This document shows positions 7,414 to 17,946 of a DNA stretch of 32,000 nt, one piece after another. Source of the stretch: Candidatus Aenigmatarchaeota archaeon. Its GTDB lineage: Archaea > Aenigmatarchaeota > Aenigmatarchaeia > PWEA01. Numbering within the stretch: the stretch's first letter is position 1; the number at the start of each line of letters is the position of its first letter. Where the stretch lies: assembly GCA_003554845.1 (NCBI GenBank), contig PWHK01000019.1, positions 2,189-34,188 of the forward strand, read 5' to 3'. The position numbers were made by a program, and so were the translations under genes. Below the pieces are notes generated by a model, which was not told the origin of the DNA, made no database searches, and saw only the letters and a program-made list of their open reading frames with translations.

Positions 7414-9012
7414 TTAATCACCTATACACGACTTCACAAACTCAATGAACACAGGACTGGGATCTTCAAATGTGGACTTAAACTCGGGATGGAACTGCGT
7501 TGCAAGGTAGAATGGATGGTTATCCATCTCCACGATCTGAACTATGTTGTCTTCTTTTTTTGAAAAGCCGGACAGTCTGAGGCCATGTTCCCTGAGTATA
7601 TCGTGGTATTCCGGATTTACCTCGTATCTGTGCCTGAACCTTTCCTTTACTTCGTTCTTATTGTATATATCCTTGGCCATGGATCCTTCCTCTATCTCTG
7701 TGGATTCTCCGCCCAGTCTCATGGTTCCTCCCTTCGCTTCTACGTCTTTTTGTTCCGGTATAAGGTCTACCACAGGATGCTCTGTATCTTCGTCTACCTC
7801 TGTGGAGTTGGCATCCCCGAGGCCACATTTATTTCTGGCAAACTCTGTGACCATGAGCTGTAGACCATAACAAAGTCCTAGGATAGGTATTTTGTTTTCC
7901 CTGCAGTGTCTTGCTACCTCTATCTTTCCTTCAGCTCCTCTTCTTCCAAAGCCTCCTGGTATGATTACACCATCCGCGTCTCCGAGAAGCTTCTCTGTTT
8001 CTTCTATGTCTGTGGTGTCTATGAACCTGTGGTTTATGCGGCACTCGAGGTGTGCAGAGCAATGTTTAAGCGATTCCAGTATAGATACATAGGAGTCCTC
8101 CAGACTGGTGTACTTTCCACAAATTGCTATATCTACTTTCCTCGTGGGATTTTCGAGGTTTTCAACAAGCTCGCCCCATCTTTCCATGTCTGTTGCATTG
8201 TTTGTGAGGTTCAGATTATCTACCACAGTCCTATCAAGCCCGTCCTTCTTCAGGTTCAGTGGTATTTTGTAGACCTCCTCTACATCGGGATTTGATACAA
8301 CATTGTCTTCAGGTACGTTACAGAAGAGGGATATTTTTTCCTTTGTCTTTTTCTTGAGTTCCATATCGGCCCTCCCGACTATAATGTCTGCCTCGAGGCC
8401 CAGTGAGTCAAGTTCCTTTACCGAATGTTGTGTAGGCTTTGTCTTTTGTTCTCCGACCGACTCCAGCCAGGGTACAAGGGTGACATGCACAAGGCAGGTG
8501 TTCTCCTCGGGTAGGTCCAGGCGCATCTGCCTCGCTGCCTCGAGAAATATCATATTTTCTAGATCGCCTACGGTTCCGCCTATCTCTACAAGTACGACGT
8601 CTGTGTCCTCATTGTCGGCGATGTCTTCTAATCTATGTCTTATTTCGTCTGTTACATGGGGTATCATCTGTACAGTCTTTCCCAGGTAGTCCCCTGATCG
8701 TTCCTTTTCTATGACGGACTGGAATATCTTTCCGGATGTAAGGTTCCAGTCGAACTTCGTCTCTGTACCAAGAAATCTCTCGTAGTGGCCGAAGTCCATG
8801 TCGACCTCCCCTCCGTCTTCGAGAACAAAAACCTCTCCGTGTTCTATTGGATTCATAGTTCCAGGGTCTACATTAAGATACCCGTCACACTTCACAGGTA
8901 CAACCTTGTAGTTTCTTGACTGTAGAAATCTTCCTATGGAGGCCGACACAAGGCCCTTACCAAGGCCTGAAAGTACCCCTCCGGTTATGAACACCCACTT
9001 GGTTCCCTGCAT
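7414..9012 (-). CDS. pyrG: CTP synthase
   Basis: N-terminus KWVFITGGVLSGLGKG...LNVDPGTMNPIEHGEVFVLEDGGEVDMDFGHYERF, with a C-terminal GATase domain (GLCYGLQ, HRYEVN). 532 aa. Confidence 0.95.
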   Translation of the reverse strand: MQGTKWVFITGGVLSGLGKGLVSASIGRFLQSRNYKVVPVKCDGYLNVDPGTMNPIEHGEVFVLEDGGEVDMDFGHYERFLGTETKFDWNLTSGKIFQSVIEKERSGDYLGKTVQMIPHVTDEIRHRLEDIADNEDTDVVLVEIGGTVGDLENMIFLEAARQMRLDLPEENTCLVHVTLVPWLESVGEQKTKPTQHSVKELDSLGLEADIIVGRADMELKKKTKEKISLFCNVPEDNVVSNPDVEEVYKIPLNLKKDGLDRTVVDNLNLTNNATDMERWGELVENLENPTRKVDIAICGKYTSLEDSYVSILESLKHCSAHLECRINHRFIDTTDIEETEKLLGDADGVIIPGGFGRRGAEGKIEVARHCRENKIPILGLCYGLQLMVTEFARNKCGLGDANSTEVDEDTEHPVVDLIPEQKDVEAKGGTMRLGGESTEIEEGSMAKDIYNKNEVKERFRHRYEVNPEYHDILREHGLRLSGFSKKEDNIVQIVEMDNHPFYLATQFHPEFKSTFEDPSPVFIEFVKSCIGD

Positions 9013-9045
9013 ATTATAAATAGTATATTCCCGTTTAAAAAAATA

Positions 9046-9600
9046 TTACCTGCTCAAAAAAACAGACTCCTTGCAGAAGAACCTGAGATTCCTGTCGTGG
9101 GTTTCTCCTACACCGATCCTCTTGCTCTTTCCTGTTCTTTTGCACCCTGGCCCGTCTTCTACCTTTATACTGCTCCTGTTTTTTGTTGCATCCTGCCCGT
9201 TTTCCTTCATTGTTATTCCCATGGCCTGTGTCAGCTTCCCGGGACCGTTTGTAAGTTTCTTCTTTGATGTGTTACGGTTACTCGTCATGGTTTCGAGGCC
9301 ACAGAGAGGTTCAATTGCCCGTATGAGGACTGCTCCAGGCTTTCCTTCTTCCCGTGCAGTGAAGTTGAGCATATGGTACATGCCGTAGCAAAGATAGACA
9401 TATACAGTCCCGGGTTTTCCGTACATGGGTCTGTTTCTCCCTGTCTTTCCGTTGTAGGCATGGGATGCAGGATCACTTCTTCCGTAGTATGCTTCTGTTT
9501 CAACTATCTTCCCGGACATACTGTTTTTTACCAGTTTCTTTCCCAGGAGTTCTCTTGCAACCACAGCAGGATCACGGGAGTAAAAACTTCTTTCAATCAT
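9046..9600 (-). CDS. mpg: DNA-3-methyladenine glycosylase (MPG/AAG family)
   Basis: The sequence FYSRDPAVVARELLGKKLV...ETEAYYGRSDPASHAYNGKTGRNRPMYGKPGTVYVYLCYGMYHMLN matches the MPG family signature. Confidence 0.88.
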   Translation of the reverse strand: MIERSFYSRDPAVVARELLGKKLVKNSMSGKIVETEAYYGRSDPASHAYNGKTGRNRPMYGKPGTVYVYLCYGMYHMLNFTAREEGKPGAVLIRAIEPLCGLETMTSNRNTSKKKLTNGPGKLTQAMGITMKENGQDATKNRSSIKVEDGPGCKRTGKSKRIGVGETHDRNLRFFCKESVFLSR

Positions 9601-9743
9601 TATACCATCGAGTAGAGCCCCTTTACTATAAGGGCAATTCCAAATACAATAAACAGAGCGCTGAATCTTGGATAGTATCCTCTGGATAGAACAAGGAGAA
9701 ATCCACCTACAAGATCTATACCTCCGAGTAGTCTTGCCGACAT
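9600..9743 (-). CDS. Small (47 aa) two-helix membrane protein, hypothetical
   Basis: MSARLLGGIDLVGGFLLVLSRGYYPRFSALFIVFGIALIVKGLYSMV. Its TAA overlaps the mpg ATG as TAATG, suggesting translational coupling. The longer 99-aa version would run into the divergent gene at 9797. Confidence 0.45.
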   Translation of the reverse strand: MSARLLGGIDLVGGFLLVLSRGYYPRFSALFIVFGIALIVKGLYSMV

Positions 9744-9765
9744 TATCTGTCTAATGGACCTTTTG

Positions 9766-9775
9766 TTATATAAAA
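9766..9775 (+). promoter_or_regulatory. Candidate TATA box (TTATATAAAA)
   Basis: The box lies 31 nt upstream of ATG 9797 in a divergent intergenic region. Confidence 0.45.
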
Positions 9776-9796
9776 ATTGTACTACAATGACCAGAT

Positions 9797-10396
9797 ATGA
9801 GAAAAAAGGATCTGGAGTTGGAGCTGCAGAAGTTGGAGGGCTTCGATAAACCGAATGCAGAACTTGAGCAGTACAGGACTCCACCTGAACTTGCCTCATC
9901 GGTTCTATGGAGCATTTATCTCAAGGGGGAGATATCCGATAAAAGGATATACGATCTGGGATGTGGAACCGGTACACTTGGAATAGGAGCCAAAATTCTG
10001 GGTGCAGAAAAGGTCGTGTGTGTAGATGCAGACGGCGATGCCATTGATATAGCAAAAAGAAACGCAGATTCCGCCGGTGTTGAAGTAGAGTTCAGGACCA
10101 TGGACGTAAGAGACGTTTCTGGTAGCGGTGATTTGGTTATCCAAAATCCACCCTTTGGATCACAGAAGAGAGGCAGCGATAGACCATTTATAGAGAAGTC
10201 TCTGGAGATTGCTCCTGTCGTGTACTCCTTCCATATGGAAGAGACCGATGGTTTTGTAAGAAAATACGTGGAGAGATGTGGAGGTACGGTTATTTCAAGC
10301 CAGACAGTGGACTTTCCTCTGGAGAGAACTATGCCATGGCATACCGAGAATATCGAAAGCATAAGGGTAGGATTTTACAGATTTGAAAGAAGTTGA
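9797..10396 (+). CDS. N6-adenine-type RNA methyltransferase (COG2263 / METTL5-like)
   Basis: LEQYRTPPELAS, SAM motif DLGCGTGTLGIGA, and the catalytic NPPFG motif (VIQNPPFGSQ). Confidence 0.82.
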   Translation: MRKKDLELELQKLEGFDKPNAELEQYRTPPELASSVLWSIYLKGEISDKRIYDLGCGTGTLGIGAKILGAEKVVCVDADGDAIDIAKRNADSAGVEVEFRTMDVRDVSGSGDLVIQNPPFGSQKRGSDRPFIEKSLEIAPVVYSFHMEETDGFVRKYVERCGGTVISSQTVDFPLERTMPWHTENIESIRVGFYRFERS

Positions 10397-10774
10397 CTAC
10401 TCTATCCTTACGGCATTTACATGGCCGTTTTGTCCTGGCCGTGATGTTATTCTTGCCTTGCCGTTCTCTGTTTCTACTACTGTTCCCTTTGTCAGGGCCT
10501 TTCTCCTTACAAAATGGGAGTTTGCCTTGTTTTCAACGACATCCTTTATCTCCTCTGTCTGTGTAGTTCCCTTTTCTCTGTTGGTGACGTTCACTTTTCT
10601 AGTGGTCCTCAGACGGGTCTTCGTTCTATTTCCCCTTACATTCATCTTTTTTCTCCTATCCTCTTCGGATACCTTACATAGGATACTTTCTCTTTGCATC
10701 TCGTGCTTTCTCTTCTTTCTCTTGGTGGTTCTCTTACCGCCCGTCAGCTTTCTTCTGGATTTACTCTGTAACAT
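10397..10774 (-). CDS. rps8e: 30S ribosomal protein S8e (eS8)
   Basis: SRRKLTGGKRTTKRKKRKHEM...NAVRIE, basic, 125 aa. Stop codon is TAG. Confidence 0.88.
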   Translation of the reverse strand: MLQSKSRRKLTGGKRTTKRKKRKHEMQRESILCKVSEEDRRKKMNVRGNRTKTRLRTTRKVNVTNREKGTTQTEEIKDVVENKANSHFVRRKALTKGTVVETENGKARITSRPGQNGHVNAVRIE

Positions 10775-10821
10775 AACAAAACACCTTTTTCTTCATCACT
10801 TAAATATTTTCAACCCATACC

Positions 10822-10829
10822 TTTAAATA
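10822..10829 (+). promoter_or_regulatory. Candidate TATA box (TTTAAATA) for the Sm/L37e/EF-1beta operon
   Basis: The box lies 36 nt upstream of ATG 10858. The divergent S8e gene has its own AATATTTAAG box on the other strand at about 10798..10808. Confidence 0.45.
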
Positions 10830-10857
10830 CTCTTTCAATAAAAGACAACGTGATAGC

Positions 10858-11088
10858 ATGGGTGAAAATGGTAAAAGACCACTTGATGCGCTTGAAAAGG
10901 CTAGGGGAAGTAGGGTCATTGCTAACCTAAAAAACGGTGAAAAGATAGCAGGAAAGCTGGTAGCTTTTGATCTTCATCTAAATCTTTGGCTCGAGGAAGC
11001 GGAGAAAGTGGGAGAAGAAGGCAACAAGACAAGACTAGGTACCATAGTCGTGCGAGGAGACAACGTAATCTTTGCCTCGCCCGAATAG
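10858..11088 (+). CDS. Archaeal Sm-like protein (LSm/SmAP)
   Basis: PLDALEKARGSRVIANLKNGEKIAGKLVAFDLHLNLWLEEAE...IVVRGDNVIF contains the Sm1 and Sm2 motifs. The conserved Sm-L37e pairing is present. Confidence 0.9.
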   Translation: MGENGKRPLDALEKARGSRVIANLKNGEKIAGKLVAFDLHLNLWLEEAEKVGEEGNKTRLGTIVVRGDNVIFASPE

Positions 11089-11115
11089 ACAAACATCTCT
11101 TGGATGTGATTTCAA

Positions 11116-11301
11116 ATGTCAAAGGGTACGCCATCTGCAGGAAAAATGAAGAAGCAGACACATGGAGTGTGTAGAAGATGTGGAAGAAAGTCTTTCAACC
11201 GCTCCAAGGGTAAGTGCTCAGCCTGTGGTTTCGGAAAGACAAAAAAACTCAAGAACGAAAACTGGAAGAACAAAAGAATAACAGGCGAAAGGAAGAGATG
11301 A
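11116..11301 (+). CDS. rpl37e: 50S ribosomal protein L37e (eL37)
   Basis: [38 protein letters not shown], a CxxC...CxxC zinc ribbon. Confidence 0.92.
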   Translation: MSKGTPSAGKMKKQTHGVCRRCGRKSFNRSKGKCSACGFGKTKKLKNENWKNKRITGERKR

Positions 11302-11305
11302 TAGC

Positions 11306-11560
11306 ATGGGAGATGTTGCAATTTCTCTAAAGGTTACTCCACAGGGAACAGAAGTAGACCTCGATGATCTAAAGAAAAGGATATGTGGTAAGTTTCCCGT
11401 CGAAGACTCCGATAGAGAAGAGATAGGCTTCGGTCTCACTGCTTTAAAGATACTTATAGTAAGAGACGAAAAGGAAGGCGGCACCGATGATATAGAGAAC
11501 GAGGTAGAAGAGATAGAGGGTGTTGCGTCGGTTGTTGTAGAAAACGTATCACTGATCTAA
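11306..11560 (+). CDS. Elongation factor 1-beta (aEF-1beta)
   Basis: MGDVAISLKVTPQGTEVDLDDL...GFGLTALKILIVRDEKEGGTDDIENEVEEIEGVASVVVENVSLI, 84 aa. Confidence 0.85.
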   Translation: MGDVAISLKVTPQGTEVDLDDLKKRICGKFPVEDSDREEIGFGLTALKILIVRDEKEGGTDDIENEVEEIEGVASVVVENVSLI

Positions 11561-11596
11561 TTTCATCTATAAGTATTTTGAAAACAGTATAATTCT

Positions 11597-11953
11597 ATGT
11601 CCGACGAGTTTAGATCCAAACTATTTGAAACCGAAGAAAAGCAGGAATTTTTCGAAGACTACTGTGTTAGTGTGTTGGAGCTTCTCGATGAAGTCGACAG
11701 GTATATTATTTCTTTGGATAATGAAATAGACAGTATTTCGGATGACAGGTATGAAGGTCTTCTTCTGTATGTAAATCAGTTCATGGGGGACATGAACGAA
11801 CCCGTCGGTGGGATAAGGGAGTGTTTTGACCGTCTTCTCAATGGAGAGATTTCCGACGGAGAAATATTCTATCTCATGAAAGCATATGATGAGATCTTTC
11901 AGGACAAGACTGATATAGAATGCTGTCTCAAGGAGTATAAAAAAACTATTTAA
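11597..11953 (+). CDS. Hypothetical acidic protein
   Basis: 118-aa ORF, very D/E-rich, with no motif I recognise. Codon usage is similar to its neighbours. Confidence 0.5.
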   Translation: MSDEFRSKLFETEEKQEFFEDYCVSVLELLDEVDRYIISLDNEIDSISDDRYEGLLLYVNQFMGDMNEPVGGIRECFDRLLNGEISDGEIFYLMKAYDEIFQDKTDIECCLKEYKKTI

Positions 11954-11962
11954 GTCTGGTTA

Positions 11963-12057
11963 TGGGCCCGACGGGATTTGAACCCGCGACTCCTAGGTTT
12001 CCCAAGACCATTTAGACCTTAAGAGCCTAGTGCTCTGCCAGACTGAGCTACGGGCCC
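11963..12057 (-). tRNA. tRNA-Lys (anticodon CUU) with a 21-nt intron at 37/38 (11999..12019)
   Basis: GGGCCCG-TA-GCTCAGTCTGGCAGAGC-A-CTAGG-CTCTTA^[21 nt]^A-CCTAG-GAGTC-GCGGG-TTCAAAT-CCCGT-CGGGCCC-A. CCA is not encoded. A CTTTATAATTT box lies about 30 nt upstream. Confidence 0.88.
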
Positions 12058-12102
12058 TGTAGGAGAATACTTAGTTGAAATAAATTATAAAGCTTTAGTT
12101 GT

Positions 12103-12507
12103 CTACTTTAACTTCAGATCTTCTACATCGCTGTTCCTTCTTAGAAGTGTTCTGACCTTTTCTATATTACTTCCGTTTGCTCCTATTACCCTTCCTCTGT
12201 CCTTTTCATCTACTTCTACGAAGGCAGTATCGCCGCTTATATCTACATTGTTGGACTCCAGTACCATATTCTTTACAAGCTTTTTGTCGTTTTCCTCGTA
12301 TTCAAATACCTTTATCCTCTTTCCGAGCATCTTTCCTATCTTCTTTATGTTTTTACCGTTTTTACCTATGGCCAGTCCTGCCTTTCCTTGTTCGACAAGG
12401 AAGTATGCAGAATCATCGTCTTCAATGAAGTCCTTTACTTCAACGTTGGTTTCTTCTTCGAAAAGACTTATAGACTGTATTGCTTCTTTGTCGAACTTCT
12501 TTTTCAT
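12103..12507 (-). CDS. nusA: Archaeal NusA-like protein (two KH domains)
   Basis: GKAGLAIGKNGKNIKKIGKMLGKRIKVFEY and RGRVIGANGSNIEKV are GxxG KH motifs. The gene sits directly downstream of rpoA''. Stop codon is TAG. Confidence 0.88.
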   Translation of the reverse strand: MKKKFDKEAIQSISLFEEETNVEVKDFIEDDDSAYFLVEQGKAGLAIGKNGKNIKKIGKMLGKRIKVFEYEENDKKLVKNMVLESNNVDISGDTAFVEVDEKDRGRVIGANGSNIEKVRTLLRRNSDVEDLKLK

Positions 12508-12511
12508 TTTT

Positions 12512-13663
12512 TCACTCCAGTCCTTCTGGTTTGTATACTACGTCGTACATTCCTGTGCCAACAGGAACTGCCTGGTTTACTATTACATTTTCTACAGTAG
12601 ATGTCAGATTGTCCACTTCGCCGTGTATTGATGCCTCTGTTAGGTGTCTTACAGTTACTTCGAAGCTTGCCCTTGCAAGGACCGATCCCTTTTCACCTGC
12701 TATGCCGTATCTTCCTATTGCCTTGAGTTCACCGTCTACTGTCATTGTGTCTGCAACAAGCATCATGTGCCTTATGTCTACGTCCAGACCCTGTTCCTTT
12801 ATTGTTTTATGTCCTTCCTTTAGTGCTGTATTTCTGCAGGCCTCTATTCCAAAAACCTTTTCCATTTCCCTTGGATCTCCTGAAACGGTTTTTGTTGGAT
12901 CAACGCCCTTTACCTTCAGTACCTTCTTCAGATTTGTTCCCAGAGTCTGTATGTTCCATCTTCCCTGTTTTTCGGTAACCACTGCCTGGGATATCCCCTT
13001 TATTCCCTTTAGGTGCTTGTCCATTACCTTGTTTTTCATTTTCTGCAGGTCCCTTACAGATAGATCATCGTCTTTCGGAATTATCTTTATCACATCGCCA
13101 TCGAGCTCTGCTTCGTATTTTCTTCTTCCCTTATTGAGGTTGCTGATCGCTTCTTCTCTGTCCATGCCTATGTTCTTCATGGCTTCTTTGTCAATTTCGA
13201 ACTCCACGATCAAATTTAAAAGATCTATGCGATCCTCGGTTATTATATCTATGAGTTTTGTTTCTCTTATTTCGTTTGCAACTTCCCTGGCTCCTTCCTC
13301 ATTCTGGTAGTCTTCCTTGAGGTAAACATCCATAGAAGGCGTTTTTATGGTTTTTCTTGCATCTACGATTTCTATGAGACGTGGAAGTCCCTGTGTAATT
13401 TCTACACCCTGGGCAGAACCGGCTACATGGTATGTACGCATTGTCATCTGTGTGGCAGGCTCTGATATGGACTGGGCGGCAACTACACCTATTGCTTCAC
13501 CCGATTCGAATCTACATCTTTTATACTCCCTGGTAGTGTTTTCTATGAGATCGTCTATTTCTTGACCGGATAGATCTTCTTCCTCTATTTTTTCGACTAA
13601 TCTATCCCTTACCCTCTTTGGAAGATCTTCTTCGAGTTTGTCTATCTTTTCTTTGTAGCTCAT
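12512..13663 (-). CDS. rpoA2: DNA-directed RNA polymerase subunit A''
   Basis: [28 protein letters not shown]...[15 protein letters not shown], 383 aa. Confidence 0.95.
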   Translation of the reverse strand: MSYKEKIDKLEEDLPKRVRDRLVEKIEEEDLSGQEIDDLIENTTREYKRCRFESGEAIGVVAAQSISEPATQMTMRTYHVAGSAQGVEITQGLPRLIEIVDARKTIKTPSMDVYLKEDYQNEEGAREVANEIRETKLIDIITEDRIDLLNLIVEFEIDKEAMKNIGMDREEAISNLNKGRRKYEAELDGDVIKIIPKDDDLSVRDLQKMKNKVMDKHLKGIKGISQAVVTEKQGRWNIQTLGTNLKKVLKVKGVDPTKTVSGDPREMEKVFGIEACRNTALKEGHKTIKEQGLDVDIRHMMLVADTMTVDGELKAIGRYGIAGEKGSVLARASFEVTVRHLTEASIHGEVDNLTSTVENVIVNQAVPVGTGMYDVVYKPEGLE

Positions 13664-13667
13664 TGTA

Positions 13668-16142
13668 TCAATCGGTTTCTATTGGAACTTCTCCCTGTTT
13701 GCTCTTCGTTGGATCGACGCCGTCCTCTCCGGGCGTGAACTGTATAATTGTTTTTCTATTGTCCCTTACGGTTCCGTCCTTTTCTACCTTCAGGTCTTGA
13801 AGAGCGTTTACAAGCCTTCTCTCCATGTAACCACTCTTTCTTGTTCTGAGGCTTGTATCCATAAGACCCTCTCTTCCATTCATAACAAGGAAATAAAATT
13901 CTTCAGGCGAAAGTCCGCTCTTAAATGAGGATCTTACAAAACCATGTGCTTCTGGCGATAACTCACCTCTCTCAAACAGCGAAAGGGTTCTTTCCTTGTA
14001 TCCTCTGTGTATTCTTTCTCCCTGTAATGTCTGCTGTCCAACCACTCCTGCTATCTGCGAAAGCTGAACCATGCCACCTCTTGCACCTGACTTTGCCATC
14101 ACTACTGCTGAGCTTTCCTCGGGTAGGTCGTTTGCCACTACATCGTTTGCAGAGTTCTGTACCTGCCCAAGTCTTCTGTTTACGTGCGATTCGAGTGATT
14201 CTTCCACGGACTGTCCTGGAATCTGTTCTATTTCTCCCTTTTCGAAATTTTCTATAATCTTATTGGCATCCCTTTCAGCTTCTTTTATCATATTTTCTAT
14301 CTCTTCCTCCGATTCCTTGGATATGTCTACATCTGTGATGCTCATTGTTAGTCCTCTTCTGTTGAGGTACTCGAGGGATAACCTGCTTGCGGAGTCGAGG
14401 AAGTCCTTTGCTCTTTCACTTCCGTATTTTCTCTCTATCTTTTCGGTGAGTTTTCCTGCAAATGATCCCACTGCAGCTTCGTCTATTCTTCCTTGTTTGA
14501 GCTCACCATTTTCTATTATTACCTTCTCATCGCCGGCTTCTGTATCAAATGCGATTGTTACATCAGGAAGGAACTCCGAGAATACCTCTTTACCCGTAAC
14601 CCTTTCGGATTCTAGTGATACATCTTCCTTTCCAGCTTGTGTTATTATTTCCTGTGCGGTCTTTCTGTCGAACTCTACCTTGTCGCCTGTTATAAGATAG
14701 AGTCCTGATATGTGGTCCTGGGTGCATCCTATTATAGGTCCACCGAACCTTGGACTTCTTATGTTTTCCTGAACAAGCATTAGTTCTTCAGCTTCTGCCC
14801 TTGCTTCGGCGGTCTGTGGAACATGTAGATTCATCTCATCACCGTCGAAGTCAGCGTTGTAAGGATCACAGACACATAGATTTAAACGGAAGGTTCTTCC
14901 GGGCATTACCCTTACTCTGTGTGCCATAAGACTCATTCTGTGAAGTGAAGGCTGTCTGTTGAAAAGTGCAATATCTCCATCCTGTATATGCCTTTCAACA
15001 GTAAATCCTGTCTCAAGTTCTTCTGATATCTTTGTGCAGTTATCTGCTGTTATCTTCTTTTTCCCGCCGTCTGGTCTCTTTAGATAGTTTGCTCCGGGAT
15101 GTTTATCCGGACCGTTTTTTACCAGTGACTTTAGATCCTTAATATTGTCTTCTCTTACCTTTTCTGGTATTGTTATTTCCTTTGCAATGATGCTCGGTAC
15201 GCCAACTTCGTTTATCGATATATTTGGATCCGGGGATATCACAGTTCTGGATGAGAAGTCCGCACGCTTTCCAGCTAGATTTCCACGGAACCGTCCTTGT
15301 TTACCCTTGAGTCTTTGTGCCAGGGTCTTGAGTGCCCTTCCACTTCTGTGTCTTGCCTGTGGTACACTAGATAGATTGTTGTCGAAGAATGTTGAGACGT
15401 GGTACTGGAGCAGTTCCCACAGATCGTCTATTATAAAGTCAGGCGCTCCGATCTCTATATTGTCCGCAAGTCTCTGGTTTATTCTTATGAGGTCCACCAG
15501 TTTGTGTGTCAGATCGTCTTCGGATCTCTGACTCGACTGTAGTGTTATCGATGGTCTCATTGTTACAGGTGGAACAGGAAGTAGTGTAAGTATAAGCCAC
15601 TCTGGTCTACCTCCGCGTATGTTGAACTTTTCAATGGTCTCATCTGATATATCCTCAAACCATTCTCTTATCTCCATAGGGTTCAGCTGTCTTCCACCCA
15701 AGGTGAAGTTGTGTGGTCTATTTCTTTTGACCTTATCCTGTTCTGCATCACAGTGCGGACACTTCTTTCTTTTCTTGAGGTACAGATCGTATAGAGGATC
15801 TTCCATCTCCTCTATCTCTTCATCGTTTCCCATTGGTCTGTGGCATTCCTGGCATGTTGCCCTGAGAAGTTTGTATATAGTTTTAACGTATCTTACATGT
15901 ACAACAGGCCTCGATAGGTCTATGTATCCGAAATGACCCGGGCATGATCCTATGCTCTTGCCACATGTCCTACATTTCATTCCTGGATCTATTACGCCCA
16001 TCCTTGGGTCCATTACTCCGTTTTCTGCCGGGTAACCGCTCTTGTCGTATAGGTTGGGCTCTGTTATCTCACTAACTGCCATGTCCTTTATCTGCTTTGG
16101 TGAAAGTATTTTGAACTCTATGCTGTTTATCTTGTGTGGCAT
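13668..16142 (-). CDS. rpoA1: DNA-directed RNA polymerase subunit A'
   Basis: The Zn motif [20 protein letters not shown] and the catalytic [16 protein letters not shown] motif are present. 824 aa. Confidence 0.96.
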   Translation of the reverse strand: MPHKINSIEFKILSPKQIKDMAVSEITEPNLYDKSGYPAENGVMDPRMGVIDPGMKCRTCGKSIGSCPGHFGYIDLSRPVVHVRYVKTIYKLLRATCQECHRPMGNDEEIEEMEDPLYDLYLKKRKKCPHCDAEQDKVKRNRPHNFTLGGRQLNPMEIREWFEDISDETIEKFNIRGGRPEWLILTLLPVPPVTMRPSITLQSSQRSEDDLTHKLVDLIRINQRLADNIEIGAPDFIIDDLWELLQYHVSTFFDNNLSSVPQARHRSGRALKTLAQRLKGKQGRFRGNLAGKRADFSSRTVISPDPNISINEVGVPSIIAKEITIPEKVREDNIKDLKSLVKNGPDKHPGANYLKRPDGGKKKITADNCTKISEELETGFTVERHIQDGDIALFNRQPSLHRMSLMAHRVRVMPGRTFRLNLCVCDPYNADFDGDEMNLHVPQTAEARAEAEELMLVQENIRSPRFGGPIIGCTQDHISGLYLITGDKVEFDRKTAQEIITQAGKEDVSLESERVTGKEVFSEFLPDVTIAFDTEAGDEKVIIENGELKQGRIDEAAVGSFAGKLTEKIERKYGSERAKDFLDSASRLSLEYLNRRGLTMSITDVDISKESEEEIENMIKEAERDANKIIENFEKGEIEQIPGQSVEESLESHVNRRLGQVQNSANDVVANDLPEESSAVVMAKSGARGGMVQLSQIAGVVGQQTLQGERIHRGYKERTLSLFERGELSPEAHGFVRSSFKSGLSPEEFYFLVMNGREGLMDTSLRTRKSGYMERRLVNALQDLKVEKDGTVRDNRKTIIQFTPGEDGVDPTKSKQGEVPIETD

Positions 16143-17942
16143 TTAGACCGAATCCTCTATGTTGAGTTTTGGATATATTGTCATTGATTTTAGTTCGTCA
16201 AGCAGCAACTTAAAGGCGTATCCCATTGGAACGTCCTCTATATGGTCACTGTCTTTGCACATTGGACATCTTGTTTCTCCCCTTGTTTCGTCTTCTACTG
16301 CAATGACACCGCATTTTTTGCACACAGGTAGTGTTACCTTATCCGAGGAGAACCTTTCCTTTAATGTCATCGATGCACCGTGTCCAATAAAACAGTCCTT
16401 TTCCATTTCACCGAGACGTAGACCACCTTCCTTTGCCCTTCCCTCGGTTGGTTGCTTTGTCAGTAGTGTTACAGGTCCCCTTGACCTTGCATGCAGCTTG
16501 TTTGAAACCATATGCTTAAGCTTTTCGTAGTATACTATACCTTGGAATATCTCCGCTTCCATTATTTCACCCGTCGTGCCGTTGTAAAGCACCTCTTTGC
16601 CGTCTGATCTGAAACCACAGTCTCTGAGCCTTTCCCTTATATCCTTTTCGTTTTCCGAAGAGAATGCTGTTGCATCGACTTTGCGGCCATCCATAGCACC
16701 TACTTTTCCTGATAGTACTTCCAGTATCTGACCAACCGTCTGTCTAGATGGTATTGCATGTGGATTTAATATTACATCGGGAGTTATTCCGTCCCTTGTG
16801 AAGGGCATGTCTTCTTCAGGTTCCAGAAGGCCTATTACACCTTTCTGGCCATGTCGTGTAGCGAACTTATCTCCCATTTCAGGTACCCTCTGTTCCCTCA
16901 CTGTAACCTTAACAAGCTTGTTTCCATTCTCCGTCTCCGAGAGCAGAACCTTGTCGGCAACCCCACCTTCACCGTGTCTTACAGTAACTGATGTTTCTCT
17001 TCTGTTTTGTATTCCTGTTACAAAATCACCTGTTCCCATGAAACGGAGTGGTGATGTTTTCCCTACAATTACATTTCCACTTTCTAAGCTTACTTCAGGT
17101 GGAACTATTCCGTCTTCTGATAGGTGCGAGTAGGCCTTTTCGGATCTATATCCCCTTACATCTTTGTCCGGTATGCTTATTTCATCTTCCTGTCCTCCTG
17201 AATATCTCTGTCTCTCGGCATCATATGTTCTAAAGAAGTAGCTTCTTGCAAATCCTCTTTCTACGCTGTTTTTGTTTACTATCAGTGCATCTTCTATATT
17301 AAATCCCTTGTATGATAGAAGTGCTACGACAACGTTCTGTCCTGCAGGGTGGTTTTTGAGTTCAACTGCCTCCTCTGTCTGTGTTGTTACAAGGGGAGTC
17401 TGTGGGTATGCAAGTATATTGCTCTTTGTATCTGCCCTCAGTGGGTAGTTTGCACTATAGAAACCAAGGGTCTGTCCTATCATCTTTGCTCCGTAGCTTA
17501 TTCTGTCACCTCTGTTGTATTCTGGAAATGGTACAAGAGAAGCGTTTATACCCAGTATGTTAGCCGGATGTATCTCGACATGTGTATGCTTTTCATTTAT
17601 CTCATCATCCTTTGATGCCACAAGGAGATCCTCTTCTTCTGATGCATCTATCCATTCGATTATACCCTGGTCTATTAGATCGCTCCAGTTCATCTCACCT
17701 TCCTCTACCTTTTCTATATGTTCCTCAGTCAGTAGAGATTCGCCGTCCTCGACCCTTACAAGTGGTCTTCTCACCCTTCCGGAGTCTGTGTTTACTCTTA
17801 TGTTTTCCTCATCCTGGTTGTATCTCATATTGAAGTCGTGTGGAATCTCACCGTTTCTTCTCTTTTCCTTTAGTTCTCTTACAAGCTCCTTTGGTTCTTC
17901 TGTTATGCCTGCAAACTTTCCGTTTAAAAATACATCTGTCAT
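16143..17942 (-). CDS. rpoB1: DNA-directed RNA polymerase subunit B' (C-terminal half of a split RpoB)
   Basis: GDKFATRHGQKGVIG, and the C-terminal Zn ribbon CKKCG...CPMC. 599 aa. Confidence 0.95.
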   Translation of the reverse strand: MTDVFLNGKFAGITEEPKELVRELKEKRRNGEIPHDFNMRYNQDEENIRVNTDSGRVRRPLVRVEDGESLLTEEHIEKVEEGEMNWSDLIDQGIIEWIDASEEEDLLVASKDDEINEKHTHVEIHPANILGINASLVPFPEYNRGDRISYGAKMIGQTLGFYSANYPLRADTKSNILAYPQTPLVTTQTEEAVELKNHPAGQNVVVALLSYKGFNIEDALIVNKNSVERGFARSYFFRTYDAERQRYSGGQEDEISIPDKDVRGYRSEKAYSHLSEDGIVPPEVSLESGNVIVGKTSPLRFMGTGDFVTGIQNRRETSVTVRHGEGGVADKVLLSETENGNKLVKVTVREQRVPEMGDKFATRHGQKGVIGLLEPEEDMPFTRDGITPDVILNPHAIPSRQTVGQILEVLSGKVGAMDGRKVDATAFSSENEKDIRERLRDCGFRSDGKEVLYNGTTGEIMEAEIFQGIVYYEKLKHMVSNKLHARSRGPVTLLTKQPTEGRAKEGGLRLGEMEKDCFIGHGASMTLKERFSSDKVTLPVCKKCGVIAVEDETRGETRCPMCKDSDHIEDVPMGYAFKLLLDELKSMTIYPKLNIEDSV

Positions 17943-17946
17943 TTTA

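Noticed and set aside
12480-13310. Long plus-strand ORFs antisense to the RNAP and ribosomal genes, for example 12480..13310, 14071..14700, 5034..5714, 22987..23586 and 31237..31935.
   Set aside because: They are shadow ORFs opposite strongly supported conserved genes. Their translations are low-complexity (S/F/L/P-rich) with no motifs, and several cross tRNA genes.
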